A stretch of DNA of 38,222 nucleotides from a virus (Duplodnaviria > Caudoviricetes): positions 1 to 38,222 of the IMG/VR virus record IMGVR_UViG_3300023218_000134. The stretch is one strand, 5' to 3'. The position numbers and the translations under genes are program-made. Position 1 is the first letter of the stretch; each line of letters opens with the position of its first letter. The notes under the pieces are model-generated. The model was not told where the DNA came from. It ran no database searches and saw nothing but the letters and a program-made list of their open reading frames with translations. Of this stretch, positions 24,829 through 35,700 are shown in pieces.

Positions 24829-25437
24829 ATGCGACCCTTTGAAATTATCTGCGCCCCGATGACGGTCTACGTCGCCGAAATCGGAACCGTTTTCCCCACG
24901 CTCGACGAACAGCCCGGCCAGGACTGGCAGCTGCTCGGCACGAACGGCGCGCGCTCGATGGACGAAAACGGCGTCACCGTCAGCCATTCGAAGAGCTATT
25001 CGAAGATCCGCAGCGCCGGAGCGACCGGCCCGATCAAGGCCGAGCTCGAGCAGGAGGATCTGATGTTCCGGGTCAACCTGCTCGACCTCAGCTTCGAAGG
25101 CTACCAGTTCGCGCTGAACGGCAACATCATCACCACCACTGCGGCCGCGCAGGGGACGATGGCGCACAAGAAGATCGGCCTCTCGCAGAGCGTCGGCCGA
25201 ACGCGCGAGTTCGCGTTGATCGCGCGCGGTCTCTCGCCCTACGACGAGGCGCTGCCGATACAGTATTGCGTGCCGCGCTGCTACGACAGCGGAAGCCCCG
25301 AGCCGCAATTCCGCAAGGGCGGGACCGGCGCCTCGCTCCAGCTCGAGCTCACCGCGCTCGAAAGCCTGGCCGACGGCGTAAGCGAGCAGGAGCGCTTCGG
25401 CTACATCCTCGCCGGCACCGAAGCGGCACTGCCCTGA
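24829..25437 (+). CDS. Major tail (tube) protein
   Basis: AGGAG RBS; 202 aa; canonical position between the terminator and chaperone/TMP genes; followed by a hairpin. Confidence 0.85.
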   Translation: MRPFEIICAPMTVYVAEIGTVFPTLDEQPGQDWQLLGTNGARSMDENGVTVSHSKSYSKIRSAGATGPIKAELEQEDLMFRVNLLDLSFEGYQFALNGNIITTTAAAQGTMAHKKIGLSQSVGRTREFALIARGLSPYDEALPIQYCVPRCYDSGSPEPQFRKGGTGASLQLELTALESLADGVSEQERFGYILAGTEAALP

Positions 25438-25440
25438 TGA

Positions 25441-25475
25441 AGCGGCGGGCGCGGACCACGCTGCGCCCGCCCGCT
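25441..25475 (+). terminator. GC hairpin after the major tail gene
   Basis: AGCGGCGGGCGCGG-ACCACG-CTGCGCCCGCCCGCT, with only a weak pyrimidine tail. Confidence 0.45.
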
Positions 25476-25507
25476 CCTTCCCACTCCCGCAAGCGCAAGG
25501 GCCGCAA

Positions 25508-26005
25508 ATGCCGCACAACAACCAGCCGCTGCTCGACCTAGACACGCTGATCGATCGTCCCGTCGTCGCGATCGACGGAGTGAAATACGAGATCCTCTCC
25601 GCCGACGAGCTTTCGGTCCTCGACAGCGCGCGCTTCGGCCGCTGGGGCCGCCGGATCAAGGAACTGGGCGAGGCGGACGAGATCGACGCCGACGGCGAGG
25701 CCGAGCTCGAGCAGCTGGTCAAGCGGGTCGCCCGCCGCGTCCTGGTCGGTGTGCCGGATGATGTCTTCGACACACTCACCGGCGCCAATCGCTGGGCGGT
25801 GGTCGACCTTTTTACCGGGCTCCTGCTGCGGCGCGCGATGCGGGTGGCGGGAGCGATGCAAAAGGCGGCGGGGATGGAGATGGCATCGGAGAGCGAGAGC
25901 CGACCGATTGGGGCGAGGTTCTCCCGCGGCTCCAGCGTTTCTACGGCGGATCGCCGGCCGAGTGGCTGGAGCGATGCCCTGCAGCGCTGGTTCGGGCTTA
26001 CCTGA
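25508..26005 (+). CDS. Tail assembly chaperone (gpG-like)
   Basis: Lies between the MTP and TMP genes and overlaps a -1 frame ORF. Confidence 0.75.
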   Translation: MPHNNQPLLDLDTLIDRPVVAIDGVKYEILSADELSVLDSARFGRWGRRIKELGEADEIDADGEAELEQLVKRVARRVLVGVPDDVFDTLTGANRWAVVDLFTGLLLRRAMRVAGAMQKAAGMEMASESESRPIGARFSRGSSVSTADRRPSGWSDALQRWFGLT

Positions 26006-26229
26006 AGATGCTGCCGCGCCTCGAGGCTACCGAGCAGCTTGCCGCGATCCGCGCGGGCGCGCTCGGCAATGTGGAGATGGACCGTGACGATCGCCGCCGC
26101 GCGATCGAGGCGATCGAGAAGCGCGCGCAAGGCGGGCGCGAGCGGCGGGCGCAGAAGGCGAAGCGCGGCGATATCGCCGGGATGGGGATCGGCATGCGCG
26201 TTACGCCGAAAGCCGGGAAGGCCGACTGA
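25906..26229 (+). CDS. Tail chaperone frameshift extension (gpGT-like, -1 frame)
   Basis: DWGEVLPRLQRFYGGSPAEWLERCPAALVRAYLKMLPRLEA... is open upstream of the annotated ATG at 26008. Confidence 0.7.
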   Translation, partial: DWGEVLPRLQRFYGGSPAEWLERCPAALVRAYLKMLPRLEATEQLAAIRAGALGNVEMDRDDRRRAIEAIEKRAQGGRERRAQKAKRGDIAGMGIGMRVTPKAGKAD

Positions 26230-28439
26230 TGGCGGAGACACTCGGCGATGCCGTCCTCTCGCTGCGCACCGACGACGCGCAGTTCCAGTCGGGCGTGAAC
26301 CGCGCGGAAGGCCGCGCGCGCCAACTCGGCGGCACACTCGACAAGACCAGCGGCAGCACGTCGAAGCTGGCCGGGCAGATGACGAAGGCCGGCCAGAGCG
26401 CGCGGGGAATGGGCGATGGCTTCCAGAAGGCAGGCGCGAACGTGGTCCGTTCGGCGGGCGCACAGCGCGCCGGGATGCAGCAGCTCAGTTTCCAGCTCAA
26501 CGACGTTGCGACGATGTACGCGCTGGGCGCGCGGCCGATGCAGATCTTCGCCTCGCAATCGGGCCAGGTGATCCAAGCGGTTCAGATGATGACCGGCGGC
26601 ACCAGCAAGCTCGCCGCATTCCTGGGCGGACCGTGGGGCATGGCGCTGACCGGCGCGGTGGTGGTGCTGACGCCGTTCATCGGCAAGCTGTTCGAGACCG
26701 AGGACGCGGTGGAAGCGGTCGAGCTCGCATCCGACCGGATGGGCGATGCGCAATCGATCCTGGGCAGCGTCGTCGACCTCACTACCGGCAAGATCAACAC
26801 GCAATCCGCCGCACTGCTTGCACTGGCAAGGGCCAAGGCGATCGCGGGCGAAGTGGAAGCGCGCGCCGAGCTGCAGGCCGCGACCAGGACGATCAACAGC
26901 TTCGAGCCGACAAGCAAGCGCTATGTCGGCGGAAGCTCGATCGGACTGCGATCCGGCCTTGAGACCGAAACCGATCCGGTCGGCGTCATCGTCGCCGGCT
27001 TTCGCGAAGGACGGCTGGACACGAAGACGGCGACCGACCGCCTGCAGCCGCTCATCACCACGGCGAAGGACGATCCGGCGATGCGGGCGATGATCGCGAT
27101 CGCCAATGCCGGCACCGCGCGCGAAGGCATCGGCCAGATGCAGGAGCTTCAGGCCGCGCTCGATGGTGATCAGGATGCGCTTGCGGGTTTCCTCAATCCG
27201 CCCAAGCCGACGCGGACGCGCGAAGGTCGGTCGGGAGGTGGAGGCCGCGCCCAGCGCTCCGGTCCCAGCCAGGCCGATATCGAGGCGCGCTACGAAGACC
27301 AGCTTGCCGGGGTCACCCGGCAGATCCTCGGTGCCCGCCAGCGCACCGCGCGCAGCGCCGAGGAACGCGCGCAGCTCCAGGCGCTCGAAGTCGAACAGTC
27401 GCGCCAGCTCGCGATCGAGCAGATCGAGACCGACGAACACCTCAGTGAAGTCCAGAAGGCCGAGCTGGTCGCGGCCGAGAACCGGCTGGCCGATATCGAG
27501 CGCAATGCGATCGACTTCGCCCAGGCCGCCGAGCTCGAACGCGACGCCGCAGCGATGGCGGCCGAGCGCTACACCGCCGAGACCGAGGCGCTCGATATCG
27601 AGCTGCAGCTCGCCGATACCGAGGCCGAGCGCAAGGCGATCGCCCTCAAGCTGCTGGCGGCGGAAGAGGAATATCTGCGCTCCAAGCTGCTGGCGGTGAT
27701 CTTTTCCGAAACCGCCAACGACGCCGAGCGCGAGCGGGCCGAAGTCGCACTCGCTGCTATCCGGGCAACGTCCGGCGATCGCCGCCGCGCTGTCGCCCGC
27801 GCGAACGAGACCACTACCGAACGCTATCTGCGCGATCTCAACAAGACGCCCGAGCAGATCGACGAAGCGGTCGACCGGATCACGATGCGCGGGCTCGACG
27901 ATCTCAACGACGGTCTCGCCGATGCGATCATGGGCGTGCGCTCGCTGGGCGACGTGTTCGACAATGTCGCCGACCAGATCATCGCCGCGCTGCTGCGCAT
28001 CGCGATCGAGCGCGCGATCATTGAGCCGCTCGCAGGTGCGCTTTTCCCGGGCGGCGCAGGCAATGGCGGGGGTGGCCTTGGCGGCGTGCTTTCGAGCATC
28101 GGATCGTTTTTCGCCGGGTTCTTCGCCGATGGCGGAACGATCCCCGCCGGCCAGTTCGGGATCGTCGGCGAGGCCGGTCCGGAGCTGGTCTTCTCCACGC
28201 CCGGCGGGACCGACGTCGTCTCCAATTCCGACAGCCGCCGCATGCTGGAAGGCGGGAATGGCGGCGGGACGAATATCAGCATGCCGATCAACATCGATGC
28301 GACCGGCGCGGATGCCGCGGGCCTGCAGCGCGTTCGCGCCGAGATCGAGCGCCTGCGCCGCGACCTGCCCGGCCAGATCGTCACCACCGTGCAGGATGCG
28401 GGCGATCGCCGGATCTTCTCGACGGGGAACTGGCGATGA
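26229..28439 (+). CDS. Tape measure protein
   Basis: QLSFQLNDVATM...QSGQV, an Ala-rich helical body and GFFADGG...VGEAGPELV. Confidence 0.92.
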   Translation: MAETLGDAVLSLRTDDAQFQSGVNRAEGRARQLGGTLDKTSGSTSKLAGQMTKAGQSARGMGDGFQKAGANVVRSAGAQRAGMQQLSFQLNDVATMYALGARPMQIFASQSGQVIQAVQMMTGGTSKLAAFLGGPWGMALTGAVVVLTPFIGKLFETEDAVEAVELASDRMGDAQSILGSVVDLTTGKINTQSAALLALARAKAIAGEVEARAELQAATRTINSFEPTSKRYVGGSSIGLRSGLETETDPVGVIVAGFREGRLDTKTATDRLQPLITTAKDDPAMRAMIAIANAGTAREGIGQMQELQAALDGDQDALAGFLNPPKPTRTREGRSGGGGRAQRSGPSQADIEARYEDQLAGVTRQILGARQRTARSAEERAQLQALEVEQSRQLAIEQIETDEHLSEVQKAELVAAENRLADIERNAIDFAQAAELERDAAAMAAERYTAETEALDIELQLADTEAERKAIALKLLAAEEEYLRSKLLAVIFSETANDAERERAEVALAAIRATSGDRRRAVARANETTTERYLRDLNKTPEQIDEAVDRITMRGLDDLNDGLADAIMGVRSLGDVFDNVADQIIAALLRIAIERAIIEPLAGALFPGGAGNGGGGLGGVLSSIGSFFAGFFADGGTIPAGQFGIVGEAGPELVFSTPGGTDVVSNSDSRRMLEGGNGGGTNISMPINIDATGADAAGLQRVRAEIERLRRDLPGQIVTTVQDAGDRRIFSTGNWR

Positions 28440-28452
28440 GGGAGTTCCCGCG

Positions 28453-29109
28453 ATGATCCTGCCCCTCCCCGAAACGCTGTCCGGGATCGCGCAGGTGAGC
28501 TTCGAGCCGCAGCGGATCGATTACGGCGCGCCCGAGGCGAGCGGTCGGCAGGGCGGCGTCCAGGCGGGCTGGCCGCTGTGGGGCGCGCTCTACCAGATCG
28601 ACCGCTCCGATCCGCAATCGGCCGACGAATGGCGCGCGTTTCTCGCCCGGCTGCGCGGCCGCATTCGCCGGTTCTACGCCTGGGACACGACGCGCCCGCT
28701 GCCGCTCGCCTACGCTTTCGGCCTACCCGCCGGTTTCGACGGCGCGGCGAGCGACTGGAGCCAGTCGATCGACGCCGATGGCGATGCGCAGCTTACGCTC
28801 GAAGGTCTGCCGGCCGGGTTCGAGATCTCGCTGGGCGATTATGTCGGCTTCAAATGGGGCTCCGGGTTCGAGCGCCGGACGATGGCGCGCGCTGTCCTGC
28901 CCGCGACCGCGAACGGCAGCGGGACCGCGGCCGTGACGGTGGAGCCGCCGCTCGATACCGCGCTCGTTCCCACGGACGCGACCGCGCATTTCGACCAGCC
29001 GCGCTGCGTAATGCAGCTCGTGCCCGATAATTCCGAGCTCGGCCCGATCGTCGAGGCCGGCGTGCTGGCCGGCGGGACGATCGCCGCGATTCAGGATCTG
29101 CGGCCGTGA
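28453..29109 (+). CDS. Distal tail protein
   Basis: GGAG RBS; directly after TMP; WRAFLARLRGR motif. Confidence 0.7.
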   Translation: MILPLPETLSGIAQVSFEPQRIDYGAPEASGRQGGVQAGWPLWGALYQIDRSDPQSADEWRAFLARLRGRIRRFYAWDTTRPLPLAYAFGLPAGFDGAASDWSQSIDADGDAQLTLEGLPAGFEISLGDYVGFKWGSGFERRTMARAVLPATANGSGTAAVTVEPPLDTALVPTDATAHFDQPRCVMQLVPDNSELGPIVEAGVLAGGTIAAIQDLRP

Positions 29110-29765
29110 AGTCGATCGCGACGCCTGCGCTCGAAGCGCTCGACGAAGGCACCGCCATCGTCGCGGGCGCGGTCGAGATCGAGAGCGTTCCGCCGGTGCG
29201 CGTCTGGGGTGGCTGGGCGCCGATCGCGTTCGCCGGGCGCACGTTCGATCCGGTCGGCGATCGCGGGCTCGTCCAGGTCGCAGGCGGCGCGCTGGGCGAT
29301 GCGGCGCAGTCGATCACGCTCACCCTGTCGGGCGTCGATCCCGAAACGCTGGCACTGCTCGATGCTGAGGATGTCTCCGGCGCGCCCGCGATCCTGTGGC
29401 GGCTGATCTTCGATGCAAGCGGAACCACGCTGCTCGATTATCACGTCTGGGCGCGCGGGCGGATCGACACGCTCGAAAGCGACGAGGAAATCGGCGGCGA
29501 GGCGGCGATCCTCGCCCGGCTCGAAACACCGGCGCGCGGGCTCGGCCGACGCGGCGCGCGGATGCGCTCGGATGCCGATCAGCGGCTGATCGATCCCGAT
29601 GACGGTTTCTTCAAGAACGTCTCCTACGCCGGTGAGAAGACGCTCTACTGGGGCGGGCGGCGGCCGTCGCGCGCGGGTTCGGTGGTCAATGGCGGCCGCT
29701 CGGGAACCCGCGGCAGCGGCGGCGGTGCCGGAGGGCTTTCGCCAACGCAGGTGTTCAAGCTGTGA
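29106..29765 (+). CDS. Minor tail / hub protein
   Basis: SDADQRLIDPDDGFF...LYWG; position. Confidence 0.7.
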   Translation: MKSIATPALEALDEGTAIVAGAVEIESVPPVRVWGGWAPIAFAGRTFDPVGDRGLVQVAGGALGDAAQSITLTLSGVDPETLALLDAEDVSGAPAILWRLIFDASGTTLLDYHVWARGRIDTLESDEEIGGEAAILARLETPARGLGRRGARMRSDADQRLIDPDDGFFKNVSYAGEKTLYWGGRRPSRAGSVVNGGRSGTRGSGGGAGGLSPTQVFKL

Positions 29766-30202
29766 GCGGCCCGCAAACCGCCCGGCGCGACATCGCGGCG
29801 CTGCTGGCCCTGATCGAGGCGCGGCGCGACTGGGCGCATGCCTGGACGCGGGGCCGGGACTGCGTGAGCTTCGCCCTGCGCTGTGTCGAGGCGCAGACCG
29901 GCGTGGACCTGCTCGCCGACATTCCGGCGTGGAGAGACCGGCGCGAGGCGCGGCAGGTGACGCACGATCTCGGCGGGCTGACGGCAGCGCTCGACGAGCG
30001 GCTCGATCCGATCGCTCCGGCGCTGGCGCAGCGCGGCGACGTGGCGGCGCTGGCCGAGCCGACCTTCGGTATCCGCCTGATGGTGATCGAGGGCGAGACG
30101 ATGGTCGGTCCCGGCGATCGGGGCCTTGAGCGGCTGCTGCGCTATGCGATGATCCGGAGCTGGTCGATCGCCTCGCTGATCGGGGAGGCGCGCCGTGGGT
30201 AA
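29762..30202 (+). CDS. NlpC/P60-like tail assembly protein (DUF6950-like)
   Basis: W.RGRDCVSFA...QTGVD...LAQRGDV. Confidence 0.75.
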   Translation: MSGPQTARRDIAALLALIEARRDWAHAWTRGRDCVSFALRCVEAQTGVDLLADIPAWRDRREARQVTHDLGGLTAALDERLDPIAPALAQRGDVAALAEPTFGIRLMVIEGETMVGPGDRGLERLLRYAMIRSWSIASLIGEARRG

Positions 30203-32747
30203 GGTGGTCAAGGCCGTCGTCGGAGCGGTGACGTTCGTCGCCGGCGTCGTTACCGGCAATTTCGCGCTCATCGCCACCGGCATCTCGCTGGTCGGCGGCG
30301 CGCTCGCCTCGCCTTCGTCCCCACAGCGTTCCGAGCGCGCGGCCGCCGCCGCGCAGCTTCAGATCGGCGAGACGCCGCGCGGCGCGATCATCGGTCGGGC
30401 CGGCCTCGACGGCAGCCTCGTAGATGCCTTCAATTACGGCGGAGACGACAACACCGACTGGGAAGTGCTCGTGATCGCGCTCGCCGATCACGAATGCGAC
30501 GCGCTCGAGGGCTTTTTCGTCAATGACAGCTACGTCGCGTTCGCCGGGGACGGCGCGGTCGCGGGCTACAACAACCAGCTCGAGGTCTACTGGCGCTCGG
30601 GCACCTGGACCCAGAGCGTGCCCTCGATCCTCACTAGCCACGGCCCGGGCTGGACCGCGAACGATCGCGGGCGCTCGGTCGCCTACGTCGTCGTCGCCTA
30701 CAAGGCCGACGATGCCGAAGCCGAAAGCCCGGTCTGGCCGGGCGGCCGCCCGCAGTTCAAGTGGGTGGTGCGCGGTCTCAAATGCTACCAGGCGCGCAAG
30801 GACAGCAGCATCGGCGGCAGCGGCAGCCATCGCCGCGACGATCCGGCCACCTGGGAGTGGACCGAGAACCCGATCGATCTGCGCTACAACTGGGTTCGCG
30901 GGATTCACGCGGGCGACCGGATCGACGAGCCCGGGCAGCTCCTGATCGGGCGCGGCCTGTCCGCGATCGAGGCCCCGCCCCAGAACGTCTTCGCCAGGGC
31001 CAATCTGTGCGACGAGATCGTCGACGGACAAGCTCGCTACCGCGTCGGCGGGGTTGTCTTCTCCAACGAGGCCTTCATCGATGTCGAGAAGGAATTCGCC
31101 GCCGCCTGCGCAGGCGTGATCGTCCAGCGCGAGGGCAGTGTCGAGATCGATCCGGGCGAACCGCGCGCGGCGGTCGCGCATTTTACCGACGACAACCTGA
31201 TCGTCGGGACGAAGGCCACGTGGTCCGATTTCCTCGGCGAGGAGAATGCAGGCTGGGTCAACACCGTGGTCGCCCGCTTCGTCGATCCCGACCAGCGCTG
31301 GAACGAACGCGGCGCGCCGGTCCGCCGCGAGATCGCCGATATCGTCGAGGATGGCGCCCCGCGCGAGCAGCAGGTTTCGCTCGGCTTCGTCACGAATGGC
31401 GGACAGGCGCAGCGTATCGCCGAGATCACACGGCGGCTCGGGCGGCTCTGGGGGCGCGGGCAGGTAACCCTGCCGCCGCGCTTCGCCGCGATCGAGGAGG
31501 ACGACTGGGTCACCTGGCAGAGCGATCGGCGCTTCGGCGGGCAGACGCTCACCTTCCGGGTCGAGGCCTGGGGATCGGACGAGGGCTGGCGGCACCAGAT
31601 CACGCTGCGGCAGATCTCGGCCAGCGCGTTTTCCGACACCGCGCCGCTCGATGACGGCTCGGTCGCCAGCCAGCAGGGCCGGCCCTCGGGAAGCCTCGCG
31701 CCCGGCGCCGGGGCCTGGAGCCTTGCGGCAGTGCAGCTCGATGGCGGAGACGTGCTGGTGCCCGCGCTCGAGATCACCGGCGCGAACGACAATCGCGCGA
31801 CCGAGCTGATCCGCTTCGAGTACGTCCGGTCCGCCACCGCGCCCGATGCCGCGACCGTCTGGACCGCCATGGGCGCTTCGCGGCCCGACACGACGCGGCG
31901 CGAGATCCAGGTGGCACCGAACGCGACGTTCTACGCCGCCGTTTCCTATGTGATCGACGGTGTGACGCGCGAGCGGCTGGTGCTGGGGCCGGTGACGACG
32001 GGCGGGCTCGCGGGCATCACCTTCGATCCGGTCTCGCCGATCAACATCCAGGCGGACAGCTCCGGCCAGACGACGACGAACCTGCCGATCGACCGCACGA
32101 TCCGCATGCGGCGCGCGGGTCAGCTGGTGACCAGCGGCGTCGCCTTTTCGAGCCCGGTGGTACCGGGCGGCATCACGGCCAATGCAGCGCTTTCGGGCGG
32201 AGCGATCACCATCACGGTCACGCAGGCCGATGCGGCCGGCGTCATCCTGGTGCCGGTCACCTTCGCGGGTCAGACCTACCTGCGCGAGATCGTGGTCAAT
32301 CGCAGCATCGCCAGCGGCCAGAGCGGCGGCGGCGCGGGCGCGTCCGGGTTCACCGACACGGCGCTCGCCAACGTCTCGAGCACTAATTTCGCCCAGGTGA
32401 GCGATGTCGGCGCGATCGTCGCGGCGAGCGGTTCGGGCGAGCTGCGTTTCGAATGCCTCGGCCAGTACGATGGCGCAGGCGCGATGGAGATTGTCGCGCG
32501 CTATTCCGACGATGGCGGGGCGACCTGGACCGACGCGGGCGCTTCGGCGACCGGAACGCAATCGACGGGCGGTTCGGGCGGCCAGCAACAGCCGACATTC
32601 GGCGAAACCGGCTTCGTCTCTCTCGACCGGACGGTCACCGGACTCACCGCCGGTGCCGATTACCAGGTGGCGCTGTTCGCCCGTCGCACCAGCGGCAGCG
32701 GCACGCTTAGCTGGTTCCAGCCCAACTTCACCGTAAGCCAACCCTGA
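30195..32747 (+). CDS. Tail tip / central fibre (host specificity J-like) protein
   Basis: VRGLKCY...WEWTENP...ANLCDE...NTVVARFVDP, followed by beta-sandwich C-terminal domains. Confidence 0.85.
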   Translation: MGKVVKAVVGAVTFVAGVVTGNFALIATGISLVGGALASPSSPQRSERAAAAAQLQIGETPRGAIIGRAGLDGSLVDAFNYGGDDNTDWEVLVIALADHECDALEGFFVNDSYVAFAGDGAVAGYNNQLEVYWRSGTWTQSVPSILTSHGPGWTANDRGRSVAYVVVAYKADDAEAESPVWPGGRPQFKWVVRGLKCYQARKDSSIGGSGSHRRDDPATWEWTENPIDLRYNWVRGIHAGDRIDEPGQLLIGRGLSAIEAPPQNVFARANLCDEIVDGQARYRVGGVVFSNEAFIDVEKEFAAACAGVIVQREGSVEIDPGEPRAAVAHFTDDNLIVGTKATWSDFLGEENAGWVNTVVARFVDPDQRWNERGAPVRREIADIVEDGAPREQQVSLGFVTNGGQAQRIAEITRRLGRLWGRGQVTLPPRFAAIEEDDWVTWQSDRRFGGQTLTFRVEAWGSDEGWRHQITLRQISASAFSDTAPLDDGSVASQQGRPSGSLAPGAGAWSLAAVQLDGGDVLVPALEITGANDNRATELIRFEYVRSATAPDAATVWTAMGASRPDTTRREIQVAPNATFYAAVSYVIDGVTRERLVLGPVTTGGLAGITFDPVSPINIQADSSGQTTTNLPIDRTIRMRRAGQLVTSGVAFSSPVVPGGITANAALSGGAITITVTQADAAGVILVPVTFAGQTYLREIVVNRSIASGQSGGGAGASGFTDTALANVSSTNFAQVSDVGAIVAASGSGELRFECLGQYDGAGAMEIVARYSDDGGATWTDAGASATGTQSTGGSGGQQQPTFGETGFVSLDRTVTGLTAGADYQVALFARRTSGSGTLSWFQPNFTVSQP

Positions 32748-32758
32748 GGAGCGCCTGA

Positions 32759-35700
32759 GTGTCGCCTGACGAGATCATCACCGGCCCCTACACCGTCTGG
32801 ATCGCGCCGGTCGGAACCGCCTTCCCGGAGCCAGGCGTCGAGCCCGGATCGGCGTGGACGAGGCTCGGCACGAACGGAGCGCGCAGCTACGCGGACGGCG
32901 GTGTTTCGGTGCAGCATCTGCGCCGCTTCGACCAGGCACAGCCGGCCGGCTCGCCCGCGCCGACGATGGCGTGGATCGCTGGCGAGCAAGCGCGCATTTC
33001 GCTGGAGCTGATGGACTTGACGCTCGAGCAGTATGCGCACGCTCTGGGCGGGAATGCGGTGACCCGCCGGCCGGGGCCGGACGGTGCCGGCTCGCTACTC
33101 TCGATCGGGCTCAGTCTTCGACCGCGCGGCCAGAGCGCGATGGCTCTGCTGGTGCGCGGGCAATCGCCCTATGACGAGGCGCGCGAGGCGCAATACGAAG
33201 TCGCCCGCTGCATCGAGGTCGGCAGTCCGCGCCCTGTCTTCCGCCGCGGTCGGCCGGCGACGCTGGCGCTGGAATTCACCGCGCTGGTCGATCCGGCGGC
33301 GAAGAACGCGGAGGAGCGCTTCGGCCGGCTCGTCGCCGACGAGGCAACCGAGCTGCTCTTCCCGAGCGGGAGTTATGACGGAACGCCCTCCAGCGGTTTC
33401 GCTAGCGAGCCGGTCGATCCGCAGCGGACCACGGCAAAACCTGCGGCGCGCCTGCTCGTCCCGCATTCGCTTCCTTTCACCGACAATCTCCTCGTCGGCA
33501 TCGAGGCCTACGCGAAGGGCGGTATCGCGCGCGTCATCGCCCATTACGAAGGCAACAGCGCTGAACTCACCGAGCGGTCGATCGAGACGCCGGGCGGGCA
33601 TCCTGCGGAACACGGCGGCTCGGCGGTCGAACCGCCGCCGGTGAGAGCGTGGTGGACGCGCCTTGCGCATAGCGGGGTCAATGGGACCGGACGCGTCTTT
33701 TTCGAAGTGGTCCCGAACGATCCGACGATGCAGAGCCGCATCATCGGCCCGTTCTCCTTCCATCCTTTCGAAGGATACGACGCCGATCTCGAAATCGCTC
33801 CATCGCAAACCGAGGTGGCGGGCAGCCGATACCAGTCCATCGGCGCGGCGATCGAATATTGCCGTACGAACAGCCGTGATTTCCCGAAAATCACCGTCGT
33901 TGAGGCGGGTGATTACGACCTCGTCGCGCCGCAAAGCTATTCTCCGAAAGGCCGCGTGCGGATCGAGGCGACCGCTCCCGTGCGCTTCTACCGCCCACCC
34001 AATGCGTCAAGTCCGGCAATCCGTCCTCGATACCCCTCCCATTTCGTCGGTAAAAACATCACGATCGATCTCGCCGGGGCGAGTGAGTTCTACATCGAGG
34101 TCGGTATTCCCGAACAGGTGGCGCTCGCCAACGTCTTCGATGGGGTGACGATCACCGACAGCAACGGGCGCGGCTCGCTGATCGAGCGCGATATTCGCGC
34201 GGCGGGCCATACGGTTCGCGCGCCATATTTCATGCTGGATTGCGCCGTAACCGATCTGCCGAACCCCGCGACCAATGCGGAGTTGGTACGATGCGGATCG
34301 TTCGACCGCTGTTTTGCCGACCTGTTCAGTTCTTCGAAGTGCGTCGTCGGCCCGACCGTGCGAGATCTGGATAGCAGCGTCTATCGCATCGGCTTCGACG
34401 CCCTCAACATCACCGGCCCCGCCAACGGCACCGTCGAAAGCAGCGGGACGGTTTCGCAAAAGACATTCACATTCCGCGAAGGCGGCACCGAGGTCGGCGC
34501 TATCACGCTTGAGAAGGTCGATTTTGTCAGCGACCTTGCCGACGCGGTGAACGCTCTGGTTGGGTGGAATGCCACGGTTCTCAACAACGGTATCGTCCCG
34601 ACCGTGCTAAGCCTCGCGACCGGGAAGCCGGCTGACCAGTTTGCAGCGCAGGACGTGTCCTCCGGCCTGACGCTCAAGGCCCGGTTCGATTATCACAGCG
34701 ACATCTGGCAGTCGCAGGCGGCACACGAAAACGTCATTGTGGACGGATTTTTGGCTTATGATTGCCGCGCGCAGATGTTCCTTATCTCTCGCGGCTTCGC
34801 GCTGAAAGACGCGGCATTCGTCAACAATCTCGCGTTCCAGAACCCGGCCGCAAGCCCGATCTACGATAACGCGGTGACCCCCAGTTACCTCGAACAGAAT
34901 GCGGGCAGTGGTCACATCTTTTTCGATCACAACACGATGCCCGATCAGCGCCTGCTGTTCGAAGCGCTCGACGATTATTCGAGCGTATCCAACAATGTCC
35001 TGCGCCGCCTTGACTGGTTCTCGGGCAAGGAAACCGACGGCAAGACGATCGATGGCAACCACCTGTCCGAAGCCGGCACGGCACCCCAATTCGCGACGGG
35101 CACCACGATCGGCGGAACCACCGCCACGCTGACGCAGGATTATGCAGCGGAAGATCTGCGCGCTGCCGGCGACCTTCTGCTTACTCTACGCGCGCCGACC
35201 GTTCCGTTTGATCGCGGTGGTGCCCGTCGCGGCGCGACCGATGTGGTCGGAGCGCTGTCGAATTCCGCCGCTTCACCGGAAGTTGGCACGGTGCCGGTTT
35301 ATGCCGTCGCGCCCTTGATCAGCGGGGCTGCGATCACCGGGACACCGCAGGACGATGAAGTCCTGACGTTCAACGCGACGATTTCCGGCACTCCGCCGCT
35401 GACCATCGAATATCGCTGGGGCGATGATGATGGCGATTATTCGGGCGAGGAAAGCCAATCGTTGCTTCTCGATGCCGCCGCTATGACGCTCGTTCACAAC
35501 GATGTGATTGAAGGCGAATTGACCGTGGCGAATGCGCAAGGGACGGCGAGCGCCACCGCCACGCGCACTTTCGTCGATCCGGCGCAACTCGACCCGCAAC
35601 TGGCAGCTTTGCTGAACGAAATATCGGGCATTGCGCAAGGACTGGTGGCGGACCTTACCGAAAGCACGGACGATGGCACGCTGACGGTCGCCAACCAGGC

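Noticed and set aside
29091-32741. 1216-aa minus-strand ORF and other long antisense ORFs (e.g. 19684-21987, 16460-18502, 14477-15931, 6792-8120)
   Set aside because: These are shadow ORFs of high-GC coding genes. They are Arg/Ala-rich with no motifs, except that the last 35 codons of 19684-21987 are the SNase N-terminus.
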